Source of the DNA: an uncultured delta proteobacterium
GTDB lineage: Bacteria; Myxococcota_A; UBA9160; UBA4427
Length of the DNA: 64,000 nt
Direction: 5' to 3'
NCBI GenBank assembly: GCA_963822965.1
Contig: CAWGJT010000014.1
Coordinates: 416,001 to 480,000 of the forward strand
The notes under the pieces are model-generated. The model saw nothing but the letters and a program-made list of their open reading frames with translations. It ran no database searches and had not been told where the DNA came from. Positions 42,152-51,300 of this stretch are shown here, piece after piece. The first letter of the stretch is position 1. Each line of letters starts with the position of its first letter. A program made the translations under genes and the position numbers.

Positions 42152-42532
42152 ATGCCCCGGGCCAGCCTTGCCGTCGTCGTGCTCGCCTGGGGGGCGGCGA
42201 TCGGCTGCGCGCGATCGAGCGGCGCGCCGCCCAGCCCGGCGGAGGTCTTCCAGAGCGATCCCGCGGCGCTGCACCGCGGGCGGCTCCTCTTCACGGGCAC
42301 GTGTGGCGGCTACTGCCACCCCACGAAGCCCGGGAACCGCGACGCGCCCTACCTGTTCGACTGCAACTGGAAGCACGGCGGGAGCGACCTCGAGATCTTC
42401 GCGACGATCTCCCAGGGCGTTCCCGGCACGCGGATGCCCGCCTGGGGCGGCAAGCTGCCCGAAGGCGACGAGGACATCTGGAAGGTGATCGCCTACCTGC
42501 GATCCCAACGGAGCTGCGAGCCCGGGGGCTGA
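42152..42532 (+). CDS. Lipoprotein cytochrome c (CX3CH), probable PQQ-ADH electron acceptor
   Basis: AIGC lipobox, CGGYCH, WKHGGSD..IF.TI..G, RMPAWG, IWKVIAYL. Confidence 0.85.
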   Translation: MPRASLAVVVLAWGAAIGCARSSGAPPSPAEVFQSDPAALHRGRLLFTGTCGGYCHPTKPGNRDAPYLFDCNWKHGGSDLEIFATISQGVPGTRMPAWGGKLPEGDEDIWKVIAYLRSQRSCEPGG

Positions 42533-42545
42533 GTCGGGCGCCCGG

Positions 42546-44078
42546 TCAGACCGCCTCGGCCAGGCGCTGCCCGGCGCTCTCGGCCGTGCGCTTCAGATCC
42601 CGCAGCGGCACCTGGTCGTAGACCGAGAGGTCCGGCCGGCGTGTCAGCCACCAGTAGCGGATCGTGCTGCCCGACCAGTTGTTCGTGATCCGGCCGGATT
42701 CGTTCTTGTACCAGCTGCGGTCGGTCGTCGCCCAGACGGACGTCGCGAGCTCCTTCTGGATCCGCTCGTTGTAGGCCTTCATCACCTCCGGACGCAGGTC
42801 GATGGTTCCGATCTGCTCGTCGAAGAGCTGCTGGATGGCCGCCACGATGTAGTTGGCCTGGCACTCGATCATGAAGATGATCGAGTTGTGCCCCAGGTTG
42901 GTGTTGGGCCCGTACATCATGAAGAAGTTGGGGAAGCCCGCGACGGTCATGCCCAGGTACGCGACCGGCTCGTCCTTCCACTCGTCGCGCAGGGAACGTC
43001 CGTCCAGGCCTTCGATCTTCATGGGCGCCAGGAAGGAGGTCGAGTCGAAGCCCGTGGCCAGGACGAGCGCGTCGACCCGGCGGGTCTTGCCGTCGCGGGT
43101 CACGACGCCTTCCGGGGTGACGCGTTCGATGGGGCTCGTGACGAGTTCCACGTTGTCGCGCCGGAGCGCCGGGTAGTAGTCGTCCGCGAAGAGGATCCGC
43201 TTGCCCCCGATCGGGTAGTCGGGGGTCAGCGCCTTGCGGAGCTCCGGATCGGGAATCTGGGCGTTCAGGTCGTCGAGGGCGACCTTCCTCATGGCGGCCG
43301 CCCGGCTTCGATTCTGCCGGAACACCGGGAACATCATCTCGTACTGCGCCCAGGTCTTCCAGCGGTAGAGCTTCGCCAGCCAGGGGAAGCGCGCGAAGCG
43401 GCGCTTCTCGGCTTCCGTGTACTCCCGATCGCCCTTGGGCACCATCCAGTTGGCGCTGCGCTGGAAGACGAAGAGCTGGCCGACCTGCTTCGCGATCTCG
43501 GGGACGAACTGCACCGCGCTCGCTGCGTTGCCGACCACGCCGACGGTCTTTCCCGTGAGGTCGTAGTCGTGGTTCCACTGCGCCGAGTGGAAGCTCTCGC
43601 CCTCGAAGGAGTCCAGCCCCGGAATGTCCGGCAGGATGGGCCGGTTCAGCTGACCGACGCCGCTCACCAGGATGTCGGCCCGGATCTCTTCGTTCCGCCC
43701 GCCCGCCCGGGAGGTGTGGATCAGCCACTGCCCGGCCTCGGCGTCGAAGCGCGCGCTCTCGAGGGCGGTCCCGAACTGGATGTGCGGGGTCACGCCGTAC
43801 TTGTCCGCACAGTCCTTCATGTAGGCGAGGATCTCGTCGTGGGGGGACCACAGTCGCGACCAGTCGGTCTTCTGCTCGAAGGAGAAGCAGTAGGAGATCG
43901 AGGGGACGTCGCAGGCGGCGCCGGGGTAGGTGTTCTCGCGCCAGGTTCCCCCCAGCTCGTCGGCCTTCTCGAGGATCGTGAAGGAGTCGATTCCGGCCAG
44001 CTTGAGCTTGATTCCGAGGCAGATCCCCGAGAATCCCGATCCCACGATGATGATCCGGCGCTCGCTCTCATGCGGCAT
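42546..44078 (-). CDS. Baeyer-Villiger-type flavin monooxygenase
   Basis: GSGFSG, GGTWRENTYPGAACDVP, FEGESFHSAQWNH, GNAASA, LATGF. Confidence 0.92.
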   Translation of the reverse strand: MPHESERRIIIVGSGFSGICLGIKLKLAGIDSFTILEKADELGGTWRENTYPGAACDVPSISYCFSFEQKTDWSRLWSPHDEILAYMKDCADKYGVTPHIQFGTALESARFDAEAGQWLIHTSRAGGRNEEIRADILVSGVGQLNRPILPDIPGLDSFEGESFHSAQWNHDYDLTGKTVGVVGNAASAVQFVPEIAKQVGQLFVFQRSANWMVPKGDREYTEAEKRRFARFPWLAKLYRWKTWAQYEMMFPVFRQNRSRAAAMRKVALDDLNAQIPDPELRKALTPDYPIGGKRILFADDYYPALRRDNVELVTSPIERVTPEGVVTRDGKTRRVDALVLATGFDSTSFLAPMKIEGLDGRSLRDEWKDEPVAYLGMTVAGFPNFFMMYGPNTNLGHNSIIFMIECQANYIVAAIQQLFDEQIGTIDLRPEVMKAYNERIQKELATSVWATTDRSWYKNESGRITNNWSGSTIRYWWLTRRPDLSVYDQVPLRDLKRTAESAGQRLAEAV

Positions 44079-44126
44079 GACGACCTCCTGGTCCCCGTTC
44101 CCGTTGGATGGGGTGATAATACCCCA

Positions 44127-45071
44127 TCATCCGACCGCCTTCCGCACCGCGGCGGATGCCTCCGCGAGCATCTTTCGGGCCTCCGCGCTGATGGCGCTCA
44201 GCTGGAAGGACATGTGGGGGAGTCCATTGTAGCGGTGCAGGGTGGTCGCGACTCCCGCCTCCTGCAGGGAGGCCGCGTAGGCCTCTCCCTCGTCCCGCAA
44301 GGGGTCGAGCTCGGCCGTGATGACCAGCGCGGGCGGCAGCCCGGCCAGGGAGGGCGCGAGCAACGGCGACGCCTTGGGCTCCCGACGTCCCGCGTCGTCC
44401 TGCGAGAAGTAGTGCCGCTCGAACCACTCCATCACGTCCAGGGTCAGGAACGGACCTTCGCGGTTCTCGACCCGCGAAGCGAACCCGCTCGGCGAGCGCA
44501 GATCGACCACCGGGTAGACGAGCAGCTGGAAACGGACGGCCGGGCCCCCCGCGTCGCGCGCGAGCTGGGAGACCACCGCTGCGAGGTTGCCGCCGGCGCT
44601 GTCTCCTCCGACCGCCAGCCGCTGGGGATCGCCGCCGAGCGCGGCGGCGTTCTCGCCGACCCATTGCAGGGCGGCGAAAGCGTCCTCGACCGCCGCCGGA
44701 TACGGGTGCTCGGGGGCCAGGCGATAGTCGACCGATACGACGAGACAGCCGGCGTCCGCGCACAGCATCCGACACTCGCGATCGTGGGTATCCAGGTCTC
44801 CGATCACCCAGCCGCCGCCGTGGTAGAAGACGAGGACGCCGAAGGGCCCGGAGCCTTGCGGCGTGTAGACGCGAACGGGAATCGCGCCCGCCGGTCCGGG
44901 CACGCGGCGGTCCACCACGGACGCCACTTCCGGTCCGGGGCCGAACATCGCGCCGACGGCCCGGTAGAAGGCCCGCGCCTCCTCGGGCGTCGAGGCCGCG
45001 ATGTCGGTGGCGTCGGGGTCCTCGGCCATCTGCTCGACGAGCGAGAGGATCTCGGGATCAAGGGGCATCAC
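44127..45071 (-). CDS. Alpha/beta hydrolase, HSL-family esterase
   Basis: HGGGW, DYRLAPEH, GDSAGG, DPLRDEG, H near C-terminus. Confidence 0.93.
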   Translation of the reverse strand: MMPLDPEILSLVEQMAEDPDATDIAASTPEEARAFYRAVGAMFGPGPEVASVVDRRVPGPAGAIPVRVYTPQGSGPFGVLVFYHGGGWVIGDLDTHDRECRMLCADAGCLVVSVDYRLAPEHPYPAAVEDAFAALQWVGENAAALGGDPQRLAVGGDSAGGNLAAVVSQLARDAGGPAVRFQLLVYPVVDLRSPSGFASRVENREGPFLTLDVMEWFERHYFSQDDAGRREPKASPLLAPSLAGLPPALVITAELDPLRDEGEAYAASLQEAGVATTLHRYNGLPHMSFQLSAISAEARKMLAEASAAVRKAVG

Positions 45072-45270
45072 GACCTCGCATGTGCGGGCCCCGGAATCGG
45101 CGGGTCCCAGCCCGCGAGCATATCAGGCTCGAATTTCCGGGGGTTTCCGCCTGCCCGGACCGGGTGCGGCTCCGCGCGCCACGGGTTCGCGCGGTTCGGG
45201 TCTGAATCCCTACGTCGCCAGTCGCCGCTCGTCCGCGGCTGGGGCGGCCCCGCGCGGCGCCCGATTGCGC

Positions 45271-45293
45271 AACAAGCTCGATAATTGCTTGTT
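45271..45293. promoter_or_regulatory. Inverted repeat, candidate operator in the divergent esterase/DUF1302 intergenic region
   Basis: AACAAGC-N9-GCTTGTT in an AT-rich patch. Confidence 0.5.
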
Positions 45294-45379
45294 CTTGATC
45301 CCTTGTCGTGAAATGATCGGCTCGACAGGTGCGCCGCCCTGTATGACCCGCCAGTGCCCAGTGGAAGGAGAACGCCTAC

Positions 45380-47884
45380 ATGCGTTTCGTGTCGCTTGGC
45401 AAGTCACGGTCGATTGCGAGCCTCGCCGTATTGCTCGGTCTGCTCCTCGGAGGAGCGGCGGCACACGCCGAATCGGCGGGAGACTGGTTCAGCGAGAACT
45501 TCGAGACCCACGGCTTCGTCCGATCGAACGCGTACTTCCGGACGCCCGGGTTCAAGAACCAGGTCCAGACCTCGAGCTGGCGCAACGAGCTGAATCTGGA
45601 ATCGACCCTGCGCCTCTTCGACAAGGACGACCTGCGGATCGGCTTCTTCAGCGTGCTGCGTCCCACCTACGACCTCATCTACGAGGTGCAGGGCGACCTG
45701 TACGGCGCGCACGTCACGGGCGGCGACTTCGGCACCGCGCCCGCGTTCCCGGACGATCCGATTGCCGGCGCCGGTCTCGGCGTCCCCGCGCCCCGGTCCT
45801 TCGCCCAGACGTCGGGCCGCGGCAAGGGCGGTGAGCAGACCTGTCTGGCCGCTGGCCTTCCGAAGCACTGCTTCGGCGAGCGTCTCAGCGGCGAGTTCAC
45901 GCTCATCAACTCGGATACGGCGAGCTTCTTCGACGGCAAGCTCACGCCGGCGGTGGCGATCGACAACGTGGTCTTCTTCGGCCGCGTGACCGCGCCCGTG
46001 CAGCCCCGCAGCAGCGGTCAGGCGAACATCGGCGGCAACGCCGACGGCAACACCTACACCGACCTGCGCAACAACTTCCTGATCCCGAACGCCGGCCTCC
46101 CGAACGGCGCCGGCCTGGACGCCTCGCTGGCCCTCGCCGAGGCCAACGGCACGAATCTCGATACGCCGCTCAACGCCTACCAGGGCGGGATCGGCAGCGC
46201 CGGATCGCTCAAGCGCGGCTCCGCCGACATCAACCGGCGTGAGACGAACCTGGCCTTCGACTGCGTCGACAACGCGCACCCCTGGTGCTTCGTGCGCGAG
46301 CTCTACATGGAGGTGGCCTACAAGGACACCTTCATCCGGCTCGGCAAGCAGCAGATCGTGTGGGGCAAGACGGACGCCTTCCGCCTGCAGGACAAGATCA
46401 ACCCAATGGATCTGGGCTACCACAACGTGTTCCCGGATCTCGAAGAGCGTCGCATCCCGCAGCTGGCGCTCGACGCCATCCAGAGCTTCGGCGAGGTCGG
46501 CCCCCTCCAGGACGTGTCGGTCGAGTTCGCCTGGGTGTTCGACGAGTTCATTCCCGACCAGTTCGGTCAGTGCGGTGAGCCCTACGCGTTCACCGCAGCC
46601 TGCGAGGCGCGCGCGGACGCCGGCGGCCACCAGCTCTTCAACTTCTCGCTGGCCAACGTGGACAAGCGGGACTGGGAGATCAAGAACACCGAGCCCGGGA
46701 TGCGCATCGAGTTCCGCATTCCGGAGCCCTCGATCGCGTTCTCGATCTCGGGCTTCTACACGTTCCAGGACTTGCCGGTGGCGGAGTTCCGGAACCACTA
46801 CTCCACCGCGAACCCGAACCCGGCCGTGCTGCTCTTCCTGCAGGGCATCGTCGACGGCACCGGCACCCCGGTCGCCGGCACCATCGACGCCCTGGCCCAG
46901 CTCGGCGCCGGGAACGGCGGGCCGGCTGCCTACAGCGGCGGCGTCTGGCTCACCGGCTTCGACCCGTATGCCCACGACCTCAACCAGTCGATCATCGGCA
47001 ACGACGTCGACGCCCAGCGGGGCCTGGCGCCCAACGGCACCCTGGCCGCCGCCAACGGCGACCTCCAGAACGCCTGGTTCGCGCTGACGAACGTGCTGGA
47101 CCCGGGAGGCGGCGGTTGCGCGGGTCTCACCGGTCAGGCCCTCGCGGGCTGCGGCGGCGCCATCGCGATCTTCGGTCTGCCCTGGTCGGCCAGCGAGGCC
47201 ACCCTCAAGTATCCCCGCATCTTCTCCCTGGGCGGGTCCGCGGACTACCAGATTCCGGGCATCGACACGGTGCTGCGCATGGAGATGGCCTTCGACTTCG
47301 ATCGCTCCATCCAGGACACCTCGAAGCGCAACGGCGTCTCCAAGAGCACCGTCTTCCAGATGGCGGTGGGCCTCGACCGCTCGACGTTCATTCCGTTCCT
47401 GAACTCGAAGCGCACGGCGTTCCTCTCGTTCCAGACCTTCATCGAGCACATCATCGACTACCGCGAGAAGAACTCGGGCGAGATGGTGCCGGACGAGACC
47501 CAGATCATCTCGACCGCGTTCATGCAGAACTACTGGCGCAACGACTCGATCACGCTGACGAGCTTCGCTGCCGTCGACTGGCGGTCGCAGGCCGTGATCA
47601 TCGGCCCGTCGCTCCGCTACACGTACAACGAGCACCTGCTCTTCGACATCGGCTTCAACATGCTGTGGGGCACCTCGCGCAAGCAGAACATTCGCGACGT
47701 CTGCTCGAACCAGACCCTCTCCTGCCTGAGCGATCCGACGAGCTGGCAGGACGGCAACTGGCAGATGCTGAACGCCGGCTTGAAGCAGCAGGCGCAGTCC
47801 CCGTTCTGGGGCAAGGAGTCGTTCGCGGATCGCTTCATGCGGGACCGCGACGAGTTCTGGATGGGCGTGACCTATCAGTTCTGA
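45380..47884 (+). CDS. DUF1302-family outer-membrane beta-barrel protein
   Basis: Signal peptide, VRELYME, IRLGKQQIVWGKTD.FRLQD.INP.D, DRDE...VTYQF C-terminal BAM signal. Confidence 0.82.
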   Translation: MRFVSLGKSRSIASLAVLLGLLLGGAAAHAESAGDWFSENFETHGFVRSNAYFRTPGFKNQVQTSSWRNELNLESTLRLFDKDDLRIGFFSVLRPTYDLIYEVQGDLYGAHVTGGDFGTAPAFPDDPIAGAGLGVPAPRSFAQTSGRGKGGEQTCLAAGLPKHCFGERLSGEFTLINSDTASFFDGKLTPAVAIDNVVFFGRVTAPVQPRSSGQANIGGNADGNTYTDLRNNFLIPNAGLPNGAGLDASLALAEANGTNLDTPLNAYQGGIGSAGSLKRGSADINRRETNLAFDCVDNAHPWCFVRELYMEVAYKDTFIRLGKQQIVWGKTDAFRLQDKINPMDLGYHNVFPDLEERRIPQLALDAIQSFGEVGPLQDVSVEFAWVFDEFIPDQFGQCGEPYAFTAACEARADAGGHQLFNFSLANVDKRDWEIKNTEPGMRIEFRIPEPSIAFSISGFYTFQDLPVAEFRNHYSTANPNPAVLLFLQGIVDGTGTPVAGTIDALAQLGAGNGGPAAYSGGVWLTGFDPYAHDLNQSIIGNDVDAQRGLAPNGTLAAANGDLQNAWFALTNVLDPGGGGCAGLTGQALAGCGGAIAIFGLPWSASEATLKYPRIFSLGGSADYQIPGIDTVLRMEMAFDFDRSIQDTSKRNGVSKSTVFQMAVGLDRSTFIPFLNSKRTAFLSFQTFIEHIIDYREKNSGEMVPDETQIISTAFMQNYWRNDSITLTSFAAVDWRSQAVIIGPSLRYTYNEHLLFDIGFNMLWGTSRKQNIRDVCSNQTLSCLSDPTSWQDGNWQMLNAGLKQQAQSPFWGKESFADRFMRDRDEFWMGVTYQF

Positions 47885-47919
47885 CGTCGTCCTGGCGCGC
47901 TTCGGAGTCTGCTTGATCG

Positions 47920-49029
47920 ATGGGTAGTGGGTGGGGGCGGCTCGGGCTCGGCGCTTGCGTGCTCGCCGGGGCGCTCGCCTGTTGCGCGCTGCTGGCCTGC
48001 GCGAGCTCGTCCTCCAACGAGCCCACCGTCATCGCTTCGGCGGACGACGAGCTCACGTTCGACGAGCCCGCCCGGGCGGCGCTCGCTCCGAGCGGGCCGA
48101 TCCAGCTCTCCTATCGAGACCCCGAGAAGGGTGGGAGCGCGTATCGCATCGTCCTCGAGGTGAGCGGCGACTGGTACGTGTCGGATCCCGGCGACCCCGA
48201 GGACAAGCCGCCGCTCTCGGAGTCGCACCTGCTCGAGCTCGAGTACCGGGAGTTTCCCACCGAGGGAACCAGCGACGGGCGCGGCGCCTACCTGCTCGGT
48301 CTCGACGCCCTCCACTACAAGCTCCTGCAGCAGAATCCTCCGGCGGAGCGGGAGATCGAGCTGGGAGACGATCGCCTGCGCGTGTTCGTCGACGAGAAGG
48401 AGAAGATGGACCTGCGCGGCGCGCAGCCCAAAGAGAACCTCACGCCGCAGAAGCTGCTCGGTCACATCTTCGGGGTCGTCGTGCACGACGAGTTCGGCAA
48501 CCCCCTGGCGATCGCGCCTCGCGGCTTTCCGGTGGCGAAGACCTTCCTCGAGAACCTGCTGGTGAAGGAGGCGATCGGCTACTCGCGCATGTCGCTTCCT
48601 GTCGTGGCGATCACCCCCGGTGCCACGTGGAAGGCGGTCCGGTTCCCGGCGAGTCGCTCCGGCGCCCTGGGGCTCATGATGGAGGTCGAGTACTCGCTCG
48701 CCGCCTTCGAGGAGCTCGACGGGGTCCCGTGCGCGCTCATCCTCCTGCGGGCGAATGAAGACGGCAAGAACGTCAAGAGCGCCACGGGGCTCGTCTTCGA
48801 TCGGGTCCTGACCAAGATGTCGGGCTCCGCCTGGGTGGAGCTCGCGACCTCACGGGTGCGCCGCATGGTGATCGAGGACGAGGTCCGTGTGGCGATGTCG
48901 CGCGGGAAGGCGCCGATCATCCAGACGTCGCGCATGCGGCACGCCACCCGCATGCTGCTCGAGGCGCGCGATCCGGACGCCACCCCCGACACGTGGGCGG
49001 ACAATACGAAGCGCTTCGGACCGCACTGA
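47920..49029 (+). CDS. Hypothetical beta-rich lipoprotein
   Basis: LLAC lipobox; LPxxxxxPGATW motif; genome-typical codon bias. Confidence 0.72.
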   Translation: MGSGWGRLGLGACVLAGALACCALLACASSSSNEPTVIASADDELTFDEPARAALAPSGPIQLSYRDPEKGGSAYRIVLEVSGDWYVSDPGDPEDKPPLSESHLLELEYREFPTEGTSDGRGAYLLGLDALHYKLLQQNPPAEREIELGDDRLRVFVDEKEKMDLRGAQPKENLTPQKLLGHIFGVVVHDEFGNPLAIAPRGFPVAKTFLENLLVKEAIGYSRMSLPVVAITPGATWKAVRFPASRSGALGLMMEVEYSLAAFEELDGVPCALILLRANEDGKNVKSATGLVFDRVLTKMSGSAWVELATSRVRRMVIEDEVRVAMSRGKAPIIQTSRMRHATRMLLEARDPDATPDTWADNTKRFGPH

Positions 49030-49094
49030 ACGGACGAGACCCGACGGGGTCGGGCGGCCGCGCCCGGGAAACGAGCCCCGGAGGCCTCGTCGAT

Positions 49095-49292
49095 CTAGTG
49101 TCCTGTCTCAGAAGTTCGCTTGCATTCGGCCGCCCCCGCGGCGCGCCGCCAGCGTTGCGCTCTCGTCGCCGTAGCGCGGCTATGCCTCGGTCGCGCGCCT
49201 TGGCAGCGGGCCGCGGGAGCGTCCTCGGTGCATGCCGAGACGGATCGAAGGGGCGTCGACTTCGACAGCGAACTTCTGGGACAGGTCACTAG
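49095..49292. mobile_element. MITE-like element, 198 bp, 26-bp terminal inverted repeats bounded by CTAG
   Basis: CTAGTGTCCTGTCTCAGAAGTTCGCT ... AGCGAACTTCTGGGACAGGTCACTAG (24/26 match); internal nested hairpin; no credible ORF. Confidence 0.75.
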
Positions 49293-49295
49293 CTC

Positions 49296-49703
49296 TCAGC
49301 GCTCGGTTCGGGACCGCGATTGGATCCGCTCGCCGATCCGCCCACCGGCCAGCCCGCAGAGCAGCCCGACCGCCAGCGCGATGGGGAGCGCGACGTAGAA
49401 CCCGTCTCCGAAGTGCAGGAGGCGCACCGCCAGTCCCACGGTCCCCAGCGCGGCGATCACGCTCGCGAAGCCCGCCTCCCAGGGGGTGTATCCCGGGGAC
49501 ATCCAGCCGATGACGCCGCCTCCCACCAGGAACGCGACCGTGGTCGCGAACAGGAAGACGCCCAGGGACGCCACCTCCTGGCCGAGGGCCGCGAGGGTGG
49601 AGCCGATCAAGGTCTCCAGACCGAGCACGATGAGCGCTCCGACGAGCACCCACCGCCACTCGATCCGACCACCCGAGTAGATGTCCTGCCGGGGTTCGGT
49701 CAC
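49296..49703 (-). CDS. Small 4-TM membrane protein
   Basis: Four hydrophobic helices with Gly motifs; immediately downstream of the DUF1329 gene. Confidence 0.75.
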   Translation of the reverse strand: MTEPRQDIYSGGRIEWRWVLVGALIVLGLETLIGSTLAALGQEVASLGVFLFATTVAFLVGGGVIGWMSPGYTPWEAGFASVIAALGTVGLAVRLLHFGDGFYVALPIALAVGLLCGLAGGRIGERIQSRSRTER

Positions 49704-49725
49704 TGCGTCCTGTCGGGAATCGATC

Positions 49726-51081
49726 TCAGCGTCCCTGTCGCTTCAGCTTCGTCGTGTCGTAGTAGCGCTGGCTCTCGGCCACCGTGAAGTCGCCGGCGTT
49801 CGAGTTGTCGAACTGGATCGTGTGCGAGTTGTCGTTCTGCACGTTCACGATGAGGATCTCGGAGTAGTTGTTGACGAACTTGTCCTTGTTCGACGGGCTC
49901 TTGCTGTCCTCGCTCCACTTGAAGATGCTGTTGATGATGCGATAGGGCTTGCCCGCCCGATCGTACATCAGCGCGTAGAGCGGCATCAGCGTCTCCTTGT
50001 CGTACCAGATCTTCTTGCGGCTGTAGGGGTGTCCCTTCTGCCGCGGAACGTCGTCGAGCTCGACGACGTTCCGCTTCTGGAACGACTCGCCGTCGAAGGC
50101 CAGGGCGCCGTAGGGTCCGAAGGTGCAGTGGTACCACTCCTCCTCGGTCCCCAGCCGCGTCATGCCGGTCGTGCGCACCGCCTCCTCTTCCCCGATGATC
50201 GACGGGAAGCACACCCGCTTGGAGTTCATGGGGGCCAGCTTCACCGACTCGCCCTGGTACTCCCACTGGTGGTCCCAGACGTAGCCCGCGAAGATGTAGA
50301 AGTCCTCGAGGGTGAACTCCGTGCCCAGCAGCGAGTCGGACTTCTGGGTGGCCGCAATGCGCCGAACGCGCCGGAGGGCCGGAATGTACGCCCAGGTGTC
50401 GTCTTCCTTGTCGGTGACGTAGCGGTAGAGAAGGAACATCGTGCCCCGCAGATCGAAGGGCGTCTTCACGTCGAAGAACTCGGCCCATTCGACGTCGGTC
50501 CCTTCCTGCAGCTCCGTCGTCTTCGGCAGCAGGTCGGCGCGGTGGCTGAAGTAGGTCCTGCGATACTCGCCCTGGGCGAGGCGCCACATCTCCTTGCCGC
50601 TGTTGCGCATGTTGCTCGTGCCCCAGTGGGGGAGATTGAGGCCCGAGCCGCCCTGCCAGCGGTAGTTGACGTTCCACGCGAGCTTGAGGGCGAACTGCGG
50701 GTCGCTCTCGCTGAGGTCGCAGGCGTGGTTGGTCGCCTCCTTCGCCCACTCGGAGTAGGGGAAGGGCTGTCCGGCAGTGTAGTTCTGGATCAGACCCTTC
50801 GAATCGAGCGAGGCCTGGCACGCGTACTTGACCGTCGCCTCGAGGTACTTCGGATGGACGGGGTACTCCTCGGCGGCCACGACGTTCACTTCGAGGTCCG
50901 GAAAGCTCTCGGCGACGAAGGGATACAGCTCGTCGGGGATCAGCCCCTTGATCTGCTCCTTGTTCGCACTCGTGATCTTGTCTCCCGGCTTCACGTCGGC
51001 CTGGGATACCCCTGCGAAGATCAGTGTGGCGGCTGCGGCCACGAGTACCCGCGGACCGAACGAATGAAGACTCGAGCGCAT
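49726..51081 (-). CDS. DUF1329 periplasmic protein (LolA-like C-terminal domain)
   Basis: Signal peptide, KPGDKITSANKE, YTAGQPFP, PFDLRG, DDTWAYIPALRRVRR, HPYSRK, YDRAGK. Confidence 0.9.
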   Translation of the reverse strand: MRSSLHSFGPRVLVAAAATLIFAGVSQADVKPGDKITSANKEQIKGLIPDELYPFVAESFPDLEVNVVAAEEYPVHPKYLEATVKYACQASLDSKGLIQNYTAGQPFPYSEWAKEATNHACDLSESDPQFALKLAWNVNYRWQGGSGLNLPHWGTSNMRNSGKEMWRLAQGEYRRTYFSHRADLLPKTTELQEGTDVEWAEFFDVKTPFDLRGTMFLLYRYVTDKEDDTWAYIPALRRVRRIAATQKSDSLLGTEFTLEDFYIFAGYVWDHQWEYQGESVKLAPMNSKRVCFPSIIGEEEAVRTTGMTRLGTEEEWYHCTFGPYGALAFDGESFQKRNVVELDDVPRQKGHPYSRKKIWYDKETLMPLYALMYDRAGKPYRIINSIFKWSEDSKSPSNKDKFVNNYSEILIVNVQNDNSHTIQFDNSNAGDFTVAESQRYYDTTKLKRQGR

Positions 51082-51300
51082 GGACGACCTCCCATTGGCT
51101 TTCGGTGGCTTCTCGGTTCCGACGCGCTGGACCCGGCTCGATCCGTGCGATTGACTCGGTAGGACCTTGCGTGTGAGTATACGATGGATTGGGTCGTGCA
51201 GTCTCACCCGATCTCGCGAGATGGCGAGACCTTGGAGACCAGTTGGTGCCGTGGGCTTCGGACGGGCAGCATCCTGCTTGTCCCTGGCTGAGGAGGGGAC

